Shown here in pieces: positions 24,785 to 38,471 of a stretch of 64,000 bases of DNA. Source of the DNA: Octopus sinensis (lineage: Eukaryota); NCBI RefSeq assembly GCF_006345805.1, contig NC_043001.1, positions 23,312,001 to 23,376,000 on the forward strand, written 5' to 3'. Below the pieces are notes generated by a model. It was not told the origin of the DNA. It did not search any database and saw nothing but the letters and a program-made list of their open reading frames with translations. How positions within the stretch are numbered: position 1 is the first letter of the stretch; each line of letters opens with the position of its first letter. Made by a program: the position numbers and the translations under genes.

Positions 24785-25315
24785 GGAGGCGCAATGGCCC
24801 AGTGGTTAGGGCAGCGGACTCACGGTTGTAGGATAAGGCGTCGAGCTGGCAGAAACGTTAGCACGCCGGGCGAAATGCGTAGCCGTATTTCGTCTGTCGT
24901 TACGTTATGAGATCAAATTCCGCCGAGGTCGACTTTGCCTTTCATCCTTTCGGGGTCGATAAATTAACAGTTACGCACTGGGATCGATGTAATCGACTTA
25001 ATCCCTTTGTCTGTCCTTGTTTTATCCCCTCTGTGTTTAGCCGCTTGTGGGTAATAAAGAAATAGGTTGTAGGATCACGGTTTCGATTCCCAGACCGGGC
25101 GTTGTGCGTGTTTATTGAACGAAAACACCTAAAGCTCAACGAGGCTGCGGCAGGAGATGGTGACGATCCCTGTCACAACTTTCTCTCACTCATTTTTCTG
25201 TTGGCCTGCTCGCTTAGCCAGCGGGGTGGCGTCATTAGAAGGCTAAAACAATACGAAGCGCATTGTGACCAGCGATGTGTAGCAACATCTGATAGCCTGG
25301 TCAGTCACGGTGATC
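24785..25315 (+). mobile_element. tRNA-derived SINE family C with a nested family B SINE (~24836-25066)
   Basis: Head GGAGGCGCAATGGCCCAGTGGTTAGGGCAGCGGACTC...GGTTTCGATTCCC. GGTTGTAGGAT is duplicated around the nested copy. Other family C copies at ~27897-28190 and ~63614-63916. Confidence 0.8.
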
Positions 25316-25591
25316 GGGATGATATATATACACCTTTTATCTTTTACTTGTTACACACGCACACAGACGCGCTCGCGCGTGAAACAGGAATTGATTACTT
25401 GTCGCAGAATTGTAAAAAAATGTGTTTGTAATAGGTTGTAATTGTTATACAATAAAAATGTTCGCAGCTTACATGACCGTAAATATTCATACAATTACGT
25501 TGTACATTAGTTGTAGAAAAAAAGATATTATAAGTGTGTGTGTGTATGTGTGTGTATGTACATACATACATACATACATACATACATACAT

Positions 25592-25622
<31 letters not shown>

Positions 25623-26167
25623 GACACACACACACACACACACACACAGATATTATACGGACATTCTTTTGGTTAGTGATCACATACTGAAAGTTAATAG
25701 ATTGACACTATTTGGCAATGCCCAGGTGGACATGTTCAACGGGTACCCCAATTTTTCTTTGTTCCGTTTGTTTCTTTGTTTGTTTGTTTTTTTCGAATTA
25801 GCAAATATTTCTTCGGATCCCTATGTTTTCATCGACGTAGACTACAACTTGGCAGGGAAAAAAAATCCTAAAAATAAATCAACATTTCAAGTTTTTAATT
25901 AACTTTACCTACCTATCTTTTTGTTGTTTTTAAAAACTTTTTCGATTGCGTGTGTGGAGGGGATTCTGCATTTAAAAATACGGGGAAAAGTCCTTTTTGT
26001 AATCTATCAAAACCAACTGCATACGATCATTTTCCACTTTCAATCTGAGATCGGAAACCGAAAAAATGTCTTATACACGTATATGTCATGTACACCCCCC
26101 CCACACACACACCACCCCGCTCGCCCATATATATGCATATATATATATGTGTGTGTGTGTGTGTGTA

Positions 26168-26225
<58 letters not shown>

Positions 26226-26562
26226 ATCCAAACAAGAAAACAAAAAAACACAACAACGCGAGGACGTGGAACAAATAAAGTATTATTGGACGCTATGTGT
26301 ATGTATATATATATGAGACGTCTTAGAGTCCATAAGTCAGGGAAAAGATGCACTGATACTGCACATTTTGGATAGTATATATATGTATATGTGTGTGTGT
26401 GAGTCTGTGAGTGTGTGTGTATAATGAGGTATTTTTTGTGAAGCATTGTAAGGTATAACTTTAATGAATGTAGTTGTGTAAAGCGGGAACAATGCCAGAA
26501 GTTACAAAGTTAACAATAAAATGTAAAAAAAAAACAGAACAAACTTGCAATTTTTACCTTGT

Positions 26563-26602
26563 ATTTCTATATTTCGGGGTGACGACCTCTTCTTCAGGAC
26601 AT
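26563..26602 (-). ncRNA. Degenerate minimal hammerhead motif
   Basis: ATGTC CTGAAGA A GAGGT-CGTC-ACCCC GAAA TA TA|GAAAT, with one mismatch each in stems I and II. Lies in a segment flanked by (TA)n. Confidence 0.4.
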
Positions 26603-26737
26603 TCGGAAAGCGGTGGATGGAAAGTTTCCTGCTCATCTGGGCAACAAACTTTTTCCAAAACTGCAACTTTATCGTTTGCTTTTCATTTTGTAGTTTACTC
26701 TGTTTCCTTCTCGCATTGTTCCGGCTTTACACAACTA

Positions 26738-26801
<64 letters not shown>

Positions 26802-29654
26802 TATATATATATAAAATAAACTTTAATGTGAAAAAGAATTATCTTCTAATTTCCGTGTTATTTGAAACTAAATGCTAACTTTTCAAAGATGATTTTTAAA
26901 TGAGGAATTTTAATAATTAGTTAAAATTTTTGCCTCATGGGCAGCTTGGAGGAGGTGGGGATGAGTCGATTACATTGACCCCAGTGTCCAATTGGCACTT
27001 ATTTTATCGACCTCGAAAGGATGAAAGGCAAAGTCTACTTCGGCGGAATTTGAACTCAGAACGTAGGGACGAGCGAAATACCGCTAAGCATTTCGTCCAG
27101 CGCACTGATGATTCTTATTTCCTTACTGCCAACAAGGAGCTACACACAGAGGGGACAAACAAGGACAGACAAACGGATTAAGTCGACAATATAGACCCCA
27201 GTGTGTAATTGGTACTTATTTAATCGACCCCGAAAGGATAAAAGGCAAAGTCGACCTCGGCGGAATTTGAACTCAGAACATAGCAGCATTTCGCCCGGCA
27301 TGCTAACGTTTCTGCCAGCTCGCCACCTTGAGGAATTTTAATAATGACTACTGTGTCGTCTAAGAAAAATGAGAGAGAAAAGTGTAAGAGTACGTGTGTG
27401 TTTTATAGAGAAAAGAGTTGAGAACTTAATGCTTCCGTTACAACTATCGGTCTTTTACCATGTCTTTTCTTGAATCATTCATATTTCACCCCTGGGAGAC
27501 TTACGACCCAAAATCTTTTTTCTTTATACATTATTCTGGGATGATTATGGTTTCGTATACGGAATTTGGTAAATATTCGTTGAGAAACTGTGACGTTGTT
27601 TCAAGACAAACAGAGAAACATCGACACTTATGGATATAGATATTTGTACCCTTGATAAGGCGGCGAGTCGGCCGAATCGTTTGCACGCCGGGCAAAATGC
27701 TTAGCGGCACTTCGTCCGTCTTCACGCTCTGAGTTCAAATGCCGCCGAGATCGACTTTGTCTTTCATTCCTTTCAGGGTTGACTCAGCCCCTCCCCCAAA
27801 CCAATATTTGTACATTTGAGTAAATTATGCATGTATGTATGTATGTATGTATGTATGTATGTATGTATGCATGCATGCATGTACGTACGTACGTATGGAG
27901 GCGCAATGGCCCAGTGGTTAGGGCAGCGGACTCGCGGTTTCGATTCCCAGACCGGGCGTTGTGAGTGTTTACTGAGCGAAAACACCTAAAGTTCCACGGG
28001 TCTCCTGCGGGGGATGGTGGCGATCCCTGCTGTACTCTTTCGCACGACTTTCTCTCACTCTTTACTTCTGTTGGCCTGCTCGCTTAGCCAGCGGGGTGGT
28101 GTCATTTGAAGGCTAAAACAATGCGAAGCCCATTGTGACCAGCGATGTGTAGCAACATCTGATGGTCTGGTCAGTCACGGTGTCCACGGTGATGTATGTA
28201 TGTATGTATGTATGTATGTATGTATGTATGTATGTTTTTGCGTGATTGTGAAAATTATCCCTATATGATAATAGTTGATATAACTTTGGTTGATGCCTCC
28301 AGTCACACTTTATATCGTACAGAAAGAGGAGGTAAAAGATGCAAGGAGAGAGTTAACATAAGAAGTGCAGGATAACTGCATATACTCGGCTTGGTGGAGG
28401 CAATGAGTACAAAAGTACTGCACAAAGACAGGGAATAAGAATCATAGAGACAGAAGAGAGGAGTAAATGACATAGTAGTTCTAAGAACAGTTATACAAAT
28501 AAAAAATTATCTTATTCAATTTTAAGGTAACAAATACTTTTTATCATTTTGTATTAGCATCAAAATATTTGATAAAAGTTGAATTATAATCATTGTATGT
28601 ATGCCATAGTATACTTCCAAAGTTATCAGCCTTATAACAGGTAATATTAGCATATATAATGGCCATACGGCGGCGAACTGACCGAATTGTTACCGCGTTG
28701 GACAAAATGCTTAGCGGTATCTCTTCCGGTTCTTTACGTTCTGTTCTCAAATTTCGTTGATGTCAGTTTTACTTTTCATCCTTTCCGGTGCTTATAAAAT
28801 AAAGTACTAATCCCCCAACCCACTCAATGCTGTTGTCTTGCCAAAATTAGAAGGACTGCATATAAAAGAAGTATTTGTATGTATAAGTATATGCATGTAT
28901 GTATGCGTGTTAAGTCGTGTATGGTGGTTATTGCCATGGAACGCACTATCATACTCGTCTACTATTCTAACATAAGTATAAACCTGTAATTGGGTAAACT
29001 GCAGCCCGCGAGACTTTCTGATTGTTATACCTGGAGAAAAATTACCTTGATTTTTTTAGTAGTGCGGTCCGCTTGACAATGAGTTATATCTCATTGCGAC
29101 CCGCTTCTGGAAAAAAAAAACGGTTACCCGTGCCTTTGGACTTCAACCACACTATAAGTAAAAAAATTCGTCTGCGTATGATTAGAATTGAAAACAACTA
29201 ACTACTAGGTTATGTAATGAACGGAGTTTCGGAGAAGCTATCGATAATTCGTTGGGGAAGGGAAAAGACATAGAAAGAATTGAGGAGTTTTTTTCTCTTC
29301 TTTTTTCTTCTTGGCATTCCCGTCATTCGTACAACAGAAATTAAGATTTTGAAAGAATATTTTTTTCCTTGAATTTCAGTTTTTTTTTTCTTTTCTATTT
29401 TGAACCCCAATTCCTTGTACTTTTCCTTCCCCGTGAGGTATTCCGAAGCACCGTCATATAAAGATACATCAAAAACGAAAATACAAAAGTAATATTGACA
29501 ATCTCCGGGGGTGAGGGTCTGCGGTACTCACCAAGTACACCTAAAATATACGCCTTGTGTATGTGTGTGTGTCTCTCTGAAAATACACGCATGGTAAACA
29601 AGAAAATGCATCTACTACACGATTCAACAAAACTTCCTATCAACTATTCTTTTT

Positions 29655-29845
29655 GCAAAAGTCTATTGAAAAGGTTGCAAGACGCAACGAAAATTTTAGG
29701 AAAATAAAAATAAGAAAAACGTGAAAATTTTACCAGTGAGTGTGTTACATAAGACACAAAAAGAAAATGACTCTCCTCAGACACAATAGAATATGCTTCA
29801 ACACACGAACTCATATAAAGAATCATGCAAACCAAATCCAAAAAC
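29655..29845 (+). mobile_element. Third copy of the 4504-5065 Penelope-like family (single arm)
   Basis: CTATTGAAAAGGTTGCAAGACGCAACGAAAATTTTAGG...TTCAACACACGAACTCATATAAAGAATC matches 4880-5060. Confidence 0.7.
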
Positions 29846-29920
29846 GAAATAGTTTCGACATAATATCTCACATTTTAACTAACTGAAAACGAAAAATTGT
29901 TTAAGAAAGTTCTTACATAC

Positions 29921-29924
29921 CCAT
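29921..29924 (-). CDS. NR2E5: Putative first coding exon of the NR2E5-like gene (ATG G)
   Basis: Minus strand reads CAGTTTCA ATG G|GTATGT: a strong donor in phase 1, giving MGRTLPVPV when joined to exon 2. A TATA box lies ~70 nt upstream. Confidence 0.65.
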
Positions 29925-29959
29925 TGAAACTGCAGGAAGGCACAACTTTCTTTCTCGCT

Positions 29960-30000
29960 TGATCAATGCAGCAAAACACATCGAAGGAAAGCTATTTATA
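29960..30000 (-). promoter_or_regulatory. Putative core promoter of the NR2E5-like gene
   Basis: TATAAATA at 30000-29993 on minus, and an Inr-like GCATT ~30 nt downstream, just upstream of the ATGG|GT exon. Confidence 0.5.
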
Positions 30001-30481
30001 TTAAATACCACCAGAATAAACATCGTTTTTTTTTCTCTCTCTCTTTACAGCCCTTAAAAATAAAAATAAAATAATTATCTTTATTATATTCATTCAGATT
30101 TAACCTGACAAGCGATCTGTCAAATGTCGCCGCAGTCACAAACAAACGGCGAGAATGCTACACAGCAATGTTAGTTCAGACGACATCTTGAGTCACAAGA
30201 GCGAAGCCAACGGCCAACAAGCATAAAGATTAGTCATTGATCTCGATTGCTTGCTTTAAGATAGTGTTTGCAGGCTTGCAGGTGAACTTGTATCTAAGTT
30301 GATTCTGAACAATTTTGTCCCTGCTCTGTGTTGATTCAGTTGTGTTTCCTGCTTCCTATTGACAGCAATAACCATATATTAGTGATCTGATGTCTGTTGA
30401 CCTGCAGCGCAACCGAACCACTCCCCAACCTCTCCCCCAACACCCAACCCAATGATTTGTGCAACCCACATTAAGAAAGGG

Positions 30482-30483
30482 CC

Positions 30484-30515
<32 letters not shown>

Positions 30516-30620
30516 CATCAGTGCCACTACCACCACCACCACCACCACCACCACCACTACTACTACTACCACTACTACTACTACCACCACCACCACCGTC
30601 ACCACCACCACTACTACTAC
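30482..30620. repeat. (CAC)n/(CTA)n trinucleotide microsatellite
   Basis: Directly visible. It accounts for the poly-H/Y/P/G ORFs in the track. Confidence 0.9.
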
Positions 30621-31289
30621 TTTTTTGCAACAAAGATGATGATGACGATTTCTTTATTTTGAACAACGAATGAAGATTAAAGATGGTGGTGATGGTGGTG
30701 TAAGTGGTGGTGATGTTGGCAGGTGGCTTTGGTAGTGGGTGATAGTGGTGGGCGGTTTTTGGGTTGTGGTTTTGATGATGGCGGTGAGAAAGAACAAGGA
30801 ATTATTTTTGCTTTTAAGTTATGGAAAGTTCACTACTGCTGTCGTCATATAGATCAATAGATAAGGTGATCTGAGAAAGGTTAGTAAGTCAGCAATCTGT
30901 TCAGAATGATTTAACGATTGGTACCGGACAGGAAATATCCAAATAAATAGATTAACACTTAGGAAAAAAAAAAAAAAGAAAAACAGAAAAAGAAAAAAAG
31001 GGAAAAAATGAAAAAATCTTCATATGAAAACCATTATTGGATTTTACTGGATCAATACTGCCGTTACTCAAAGCATTAAAAGGTTTCTATAACATTTGGT
31101 CTGGTAATGAATCAATTTGAGAATTAAGTGGATCTTGGGATTAACTAATACATTAATTGAACACAGTTCTTAATAATCGCATTTTTTTTTTTAGTTTTTT
31201 TTTTTTACTTATATGTTAAGACAGATTAGTACACCTCAGGGTGAAAGAACGGATAAAGTGCTAAAAGAAAGACTAGGTAGTTTGTAATA

Positions 31290-32145
31290 ATGATAATCCT
31301 TTCTACTAGAGGCACAAGGTCTCAAATATTAGAAGAAGGGGATAGTCGATTGCATCAACCCTAGTACTCAACTAGTACTTATTTTATCGACCCCGAAAGG
31401 ATGAAAGACAAAAATCGACCTCGGCGGGATTTGAACTCTGAACGTAAAGACGGACAAATGCGCCGTGGTGCTAACGATTCTGCCAGCTCACTGCCTTGAC
31501 GCTGCCTTAATAATAACAATAATCCTTTCTACTAAAGGCATAAGGCCTGAAATTTGGTGGGGGGGGGGGCTAATCGATTACACCGACCCAAGTGTCTCAC
31601 TGATACTTATTTTATCGACTCCGGAAGGATGAAAGGCAAAGTCGGCTTCGGTGGTATTTGAGCTCAGAACGGAAAGACGGACGAAATACCTATTTCTTTA
31701 CCACCCGCAAGGAGCTAAACACAGAGAAGCCAAACAAAGACAGACAAACGGATTGAGTCGATTATATCGCCCCCTGTGCGTAACTGGTACTTATTTAATC
31801 GACCCCGAAAGGATGAAAGGCAAAGTCGACCTCGGCGGAATTTGAACTCAGAACGTAGCGGTAGACGAAATACCAATTTCTTTACTGCCCACAAGGAGCT
31901 ACAAACAGAGGGGACAAACAAGGACAGACAAACGGATTAAGTCGATTATATCGACCCCAATGCGTAAATGGCACTTATTTAATCGACCCCGAAAGGATGA
32001 AAGGCAAAGTCGACCTCGGCAGAATTTGAACCCAGAACAAAGCGGCAGACGTTTCTGGCGCGCTAACGTTTCTACCAGCTCGCGGTAGACGAAATACCGC
32101 TAAGCATTTTGCTCGGCGCACTAACGATTCTGCAAGCCCTCCGCC

Positions 32146-32146
<1 letters not shown>
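31290..32146 (-). mobile_element. Tandem array of family B SINE (Meta/MESC-like core)
   Basis: Core GCCGAGGTCGACTTTGCCTTTCATCCTTTCGGGGTCGAT is repeated on minus. CAAAGTCG recurs at 31637, 31821 and 32005 (184-bp period). Confidence 0.8.
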
Positions 32147-32181
<35 letters not shown>

Positions 32182-32195
32182 GTAATAATAATAAT

Positions 32196-34105
32196 CACCT
32201 GTCTGCCCCTGATATGGAAGCTGATGAGCTGATGACAGGAATAATATCTAATTGTGTGTATTACTTGGACAAAAGACAACTTCTGATAGACAGCATGGTA
32301 CTGAACGGCTGCAAGAAAAGACTTACTAATTTGGGCATGACGTAGATCGATTATAAGAAAGCATATGACATGGTTCCCCATGCCTGGATGTCTTGAGCTG
32401 GTACAGGCGTCTGATAACATATCAAATTTTATTAAGAGATCAATGAAAAACTGGAATACAGAGTTAACTTCATGTGGAAAATTTTTGGCGATGGTTAACA
32501 TCAAGAGAGGTATATTTCAAGGAGATAGCCTATCACCATTGATGTTTGTGATTTGTATGATACCCCTCCCACAGATACTACGGAAAGTGACATCGAGGTA
32601 CACCTTGAAAAGTGGAGGAAAATTTAATCATCTGTTATATATAGATGACTTGAAGATCTTTGGAAAGACCGAACATGAAATAAACGGCCTAGTTTTAACA
32701 GTGCCGATATTCAGTAAGGATGGGACTAAAAAGTGTAATATGCTTATAATACAAAGAGGCAAAGTAGTGTCGTCTAATAGTGTAGAGCTACCCAACGGCG
32801 AGAAAATAAAGGATATTGACACTAATGGATATAAATATTGGGGCGGGGGGGGTTAGAATACAACAAAATCAAGGAAAGTGAGATGAAGGAAAGCTTTAGG
32901 CGAGAATATCTCAGGAGAACCAAATTAATTATGAGAAGTAGACTCAATGGAAGAAACAAGATCAGAGTAATGAACACATGAGTTGTTTCCTTAATGCGAT
33001 ACGGTGCAGGTGTTGCTAGGTGGACACAGAACGAGCTTGAGGAAATGGACAGGAAAACTAGAAAAGTGATAACAATTAACAAGGAACTACACCCCAAAAG
33101 CGATACTGACAGACTGTATGTGCCCAGAAACAGGGGAGGATGAGGTCTCCTATGATGCAAGATCTGTGTTGTCAACGAGAAGAACAATCTGGGATGGAAC
33201 ATCAAACAGCAGAATGAATCCTTGCTCGCCCCTGTTAGAACTAACAATACAATATGTGATGTACCCACAAACGTTTAAGAACAAGATGAAGAAGAAAGAG
33301 TAAACAAATGGAAAATGAAGCCACTGCATGGGCAATATCTCAGAGAAATCGAAGGAAAAGACAAGATGGAGATGGCTAAGAAAAAGTGATCTGAAAGGAT
33401 GCACTGAGGCATTGATATGCAGTGTCCAAGAACAAGCTCTGAGAACTAATTACACCAAGTTCCAAATAGATAAGAGTACCCTTTGTAGGATGTTTTGCAT
33501 CAGAAACGAAACAATCTCACATATTGTGAGTGAGTGTAGCGAGCTGGTCCAAGAGCTCTACAAAAGGAGGCACGATAACGTGGTTAAGTTCGCCCACTGG
33601 ATGCTATGTGAAAAGTACGGCCGCGAAAGTAAAGACCACGGAAATGGTACGAACATGAACCAGAAGGAGTCACCGAGAACAAAGAAAATAAGATACTGTG
33701 AGATTTTACAATCCAATGTGACTTCCTAATCGAGACTCGAAGACCAGATACTGTTGTGAAAAATAAAGGAAAAATGGAAATCAAGATCATAGATATTGCA
33801 ACACCTGGAGATGCACACATAAGTGACAAAGAACTAGAAAAGATTGTAAAATACAGAATACTAAAAGACGAAATTGTAAGAATGTGGACTATGAGGAGAG
33901 TGTCTGTCATTCCAGTAGTTTCAGGGGCACTCGAAGCACTAACAACCAAGTTCGAGAAATATGTCAAAGAAATCGGAATTGACATGAGGTCAGAGCAAGT
34001 GCAAAAAACTGCTCTGCTGGTGTCAGCTAGGATTTTGAGATTGGTACTTGGATGTTGAATGTCTATTACTTTCATTATCGAAGATAATGAAAGTATTGTC
34101 TAATA
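32196..34105 (+). mobile_element. 5'-truncated, decayed Dong/R4-clade non-LTR retrotransposon (RT plus restriction-like endonuclease)
   Basis: IDYKKAYDMVPH, RGIFQGDSLSPL, HLLYIDDLK, CRMF...ETISHIVSEC, YKRRHDNV, RRPD and IIDIATPGD..KE.EK..KY. Inserted next to a (TAA)n tract. Confidence 0.88.
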
Positions 34106-34199
34106 AAAGTAAACTCCGTAAATTCTAAAATAATACCTTCGAATTTCTTGTTGATAATAGAGAATGAAAAAAAAATATCAACAAGAACAAATAGTAAGT

Positions 34200-34960
34200 A
34201 GGGTCCAGGAAAAATGTGGATCTGCTTCGATGAATGCCAATGGATTTCTGACGGGCAACTCAAAGCTGGCTATGGACAAAATGCGCCACCATGCACTTTA
34301 GGATGAAAAACCCAGCCTTTACATACTCACTCAACAACACTAATCTCGGGAAGTCTGCTAGTGAACGTAATCTGAGTATTATTGTAAACAGCGATCTGCG
34401 TTGGACAAACCACATCTCTAAGATTGTGAAGAAGGCTGAGAGTGTCTTAGCATCACTCGGTAAAACCTTTGTCAACCATTCTTCATCTATCTATTTAAAA
34501 CTGTATATGACAATGGTATGTCCACACTTAGAATTTGCATCACCAGTCTGGAGCCCCAATCACGCTCAGCATATTAATCTCCAGGAAACTGTTCAGAAAC
34601 GTGCAACAAAACGAATACTCGCCGTCAGGTATTTACCATACTCTGAACGTTTGGTTTCCCTGGGCATGGGCACATTGAAGAGCAGACGTCTGGCAACTGA
34701 CTTGGTAGACACCCACAAGACTATCCTCCATCTTTCCAACAACAAACATGGCTACCTTTTTGACTTCCATATAACAAACACTCGTGGAAATGCTTTCAAA
34801 ATTAAGAAAACAACACCGCACCCATGACTTTCGGAAACATTTTTTCACGCTCAGAATTGTTGAAGCACGGAGAAACCTGCCCGCACCAGTCGTCAGATGT
34901 CGAGACACTACATCCTTCAAAACTTCCATGCTTTCTGAAATCCGCCAACAATAAACCTGA
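34200..34960 (+). mobile_element. 3' fragment of a CR1/L2-group LINE
   Basis: IIVNSDLRWTNHISKIVKKA, LYMTMVCPHLEFASPVWSP, ETVQKRATK, YSERL..LG..TL..RRL..DL. Confidence 0.85.
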
Positions 34961-35162
34961 TGGCTTTTTTCTTTTTCTTTTAGTTGTAATGCACCTGAGT
35001 ACTGCATAGAACAATCTCTTTCATCTCAAATTTTTTCAACTGCAACATCCATATAAAAGTTCATTTTTATTTAAATCGTATCCTCTATAGAAAAGGGTAC
35101 AGTTTTGTTGAGAAACATGAAAGATTTATTCTAATGCCGCACAGCAAACGGCTTCTTTTTGG

Positions 35163-35219
<57 letters not shown>

Positions 35220-36141
35220 GGTGAAGTGGATGATCAAGTTTTGCTATCAGATTCTTTATTGTTATAAATTTTCATATAGTTTTGTTGTTTACGTATTTTA
35301 TTGTATTATGTATTTCCACACTGTTGTTGTTGTTTACGTTTTTTGTTTCTCGTAGTCAAAATGGAGTAGGAACATCTTTTATAAGTGACGTGCAATTTGT
35401 TCTGTGCAGTTTCAAATCAGCTGCAATAAATGATGAAAAAATCGTTTTTATTAAGTTCACCTAAATGATCGACGCCACAAGTATTTATGTGACTAGCTAC
35501 AAATGCTGCTTAACTGTAGTTCAAATTTCGTTATTTTGCAAATGAACAGGAAAAAATGAAAAAAAGAAAGGAAAGGAAAAAAGAAACTGCTTTGATAGCT
35601 TGCTGTGAATTTGAGATTATTACAGTACTATTTTTTTATGTTTAAGCTGTAGAAGCATGCTTTTGTTAAATCGGTTTTGCGAGCTCGTATTTCAACTTTT
35701 CTCAATTTACATAAAGCTTTATTTCTATATTTTATTTCTCTCCCCTAATTTGAAAAATATTGATTCATTAGCAAGTTTTATTGAAACATTTTATTTTGAT
35801 CACTTGCTCATTGTATAAATGGGTATCGCTTAGGAATTATCAAAATTTATTTTCAAACCGTTTAGTTTATTAATTTTTCTACTACGTGACTGCCAACATC
35901 TTCTAGTTCACTTTATGAACCAGAATCTCTAAATGGTCGTTTCAAATGTTGGAAATAGCAGAAAAAACTCATCGATTCACACACAACCATATCAAATAAA
36001 GATATTTTGAATAAGTATCACATCACCGTTTATCTTTAAGATAACGCATTTGCGCTAATATAAATTTATTAATAAACACTTATCACGTCACTATTGATCA
36101 TTTCTGCCCCTAAAGGCACAGTGTTGCCAAATAGTGCTAAT

Positions 36142-37900
36142 TGTTGTAATGATACGAAACTAACTGTAGTTTTACATTGATAAATACGCTGTCTCGGATA
36201 AAAGGTGGTCAGCTAGGTGGTTGGCACAGACGGCAGTTGAATTTGACAACCAACCACTCTACATCGCGTTATTCTAGTGCTTGCTTGGCACAATATGGTG
36301 ACAGCGGTAAAACAAGATAAATATATCGAATCGAAACTAATCGGATTACCAGCACATTATTATCGTTAGACATTGCTCAACGCTACCAATGTACCAATAT
36401 CGTCACCGAACGCGACAAGACACAAAACAAAAGAACAAGAAGAAAACGGATACACAGGGACAAGCTGCAAGAATACACATACACACGGACTACACATGTT
36501 TAGCTGGAGGCATTGCTACTAATTTATATACAAGACCATTGCTATCATATCTATTTCTTTACTACCCACAAGAGGACAAACACAGAGAGGACAAACAATG
36601 ACAAACGGATTAAGTCGATTATATCGACCCCAGTGCGTAACTGGTACTAATTTAATCGACCCCGAAAGGATGAAAGGCAAAGTCGACCTCGACGGAATTT
36701 GAACTCGGAACCTAACGGCAGACGAAATACGGCTACGCATTTCGCCCGGCGTGCTAACGTTTCTGCCAGCTCGCCGCCTATCATATCGGCTACATAGCGC
36801 GTGTTGTGTCACAGAATATAACCAAATCATACGGTGTTGTATTGCACAAGAAAAACAACAATAATATGGCGACATCTCGCATTCCCGAACTGCAGTGGTA
36901 CACAGACAATGCAGCCGAAGCCCTGCAAATATTCAAACAAAACATCATGTACTATTGTGAAGATGAGGAAATTACAGAACCAAGGAAAATAGCTTGAAAA
37001 TATTAAGAGGCATTGGAAAATGAAGGACTCAAACGTCTGACTGCGTCTAGCTTATCAGACGCTGACAAGAAAAAACCCCAAATAAACTGTGGCAATTGTT
37101 CGAAGCACAAGTGAAGACAAACATCAATTTCAGAGTACATCGCCTTAAACTGATGGAATGTAGACAGCAGCATGATGAGGCAGTTGATGAGTTTGTTACA
37201 AGAGCCTGAACAATAGCAAAAACGTATGAGTTGGAAGAAAGAGAGCTTGAACATGGATCATTGAATTATTCCAAAAAAGAGCTGCTGTAACAGAAGGTAG
37301 AAAATTTGAAACTATTCTTGCAGGAAGAAGTCAGATACAACCACTTGCAAGTGCAGAACCAAACAATGTATATGCTGTCAGGCGTTCATGTCGAAATTGT
37401 GGACGAATGCACCCACCAAAAAAGTGCCCTGCATACAATGATTTATGCAACGTCTGCAACAAAAGGGAACACTGGAAAAAATTTTGTCGTCAACGGAACA
37501 AACAAGACAGGAAAATGGCAATAGAAAAAGAGCACGCAAAAAATTCCATGATATAGAATCAATCAACAAGGCTCATACTGATTCAGTAGAAGAGAACTGT
37601 GACCCCTACCACTGCATACAAATTTCAAGCATGCGAAATGAAGCATTTGCAACATTGGATATCATATGTCCACAGAAAGAAAAGGTACGATAAATAAAAT
37701 TAAAGATTGATACAAGAGCAGCAGGTAAGACATTGCCAATGCTTACATATCGCCAGTTGTACGAATCAACTCCAACTGCAGTCATGCTAAAACCAGAGAA
37801 AAACATTCGTCTGATGGCATACAATGGACAATAAATCAAATCTTGGGATCAATACATTTTCAGCTTCGCTCAAACGACAGCGTATTTAAAAATGTGAAAC
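36142..37900 (+). mobile_element. Decayed Ty3/Gypsy LTR retrotransposon 5' part (LTR, PBS, gag, protease)
   Basis: Candidate LTR starting TGTTG at 36142. PBS TGGTGACAGCGGT (36296-36308, tRNA-Leu-like). Gag with CRNCG..HPPKKCPAY...CNVCNK..HW...C. Protease-like KLKIDTRA. Many stops and a nested SINE. Confidence 0.75.
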
Positions 37901-38091
37901 TAAGTACATTTAGTTTCGTATCATTACATCCCCACTTTTCTTTAAGCAATCCACAGGCTAATAAAAACTGACAAATGAAAATAAGGTTTCTGGTACATCC
38001 TTTGTGGAGGGAGAAGACATCTTATTTTCATTTGAGATGTATGAAGACATATGTACTGCTTTGGAAAAAACTTAAATCAGCTTAAATTATA

Positions 38092-38471
38092 GGCACAGGA
38101 GTGGCTTGTGGTAAGTAGCTTGCTTACCAACCACATGATTCCGGGTTCAGTCCCACTGCGTGACACCTTGGGCAAGTGTCTTCTACTATAGCTTCGGGCC
38201 TACCAAAGCCTTGTGAGTGGATTTGGTAGACGGAAACTGAAAAGAAGCCCGTTGTATATATATATGTGTGTGTGTCTGTGATTGTCCCCCCAACATCGCT
38301 TGACAACCGATGCTGGTGTGTTTACGCCCCCGTAACATAGCGGTTCGGCAAACCGATAGAATAAGTACAAGGCTTACAAAGAGTAAGTCCTGGGGTCGAT
38401 TTGCTCGACTAAAGGCGGTGCTCCAGCATGGCCGCAGTCAAATGACTGAAACAAGTAAAAGGATAAAAGAG
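38092..38471 (+). mobile_element. tRNA-derived SINE, family A
   Basis: Full-length copy. Confidence 0.85.

Noticed and set aside
24785-24835. tRNA-like sequences (GGCCCAGTGGTTAGGGCAGCGGACT...GGTTTCGATTCCC; also near 27897 and 63614)
   Set aside because: These are SINE heads continuing into a shared repeat body, not stand-alone tRNA genes.
30379-30673. Poly-Gly/Ser, poly-Pro and poly-His ORFs near the NR2E5 promoter
   Set aside because: Produced by a (CAC)/(CTA) microsatellite that is open in several frames. No splice or homology support.
31290-32146. Regularly spaced repeats that superficially resemble a CRISPR array
   Set aside because: The whole 184-bp unit is repeated with no unique spacers. 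It is a SINE multimer in a eukaryotic genome.
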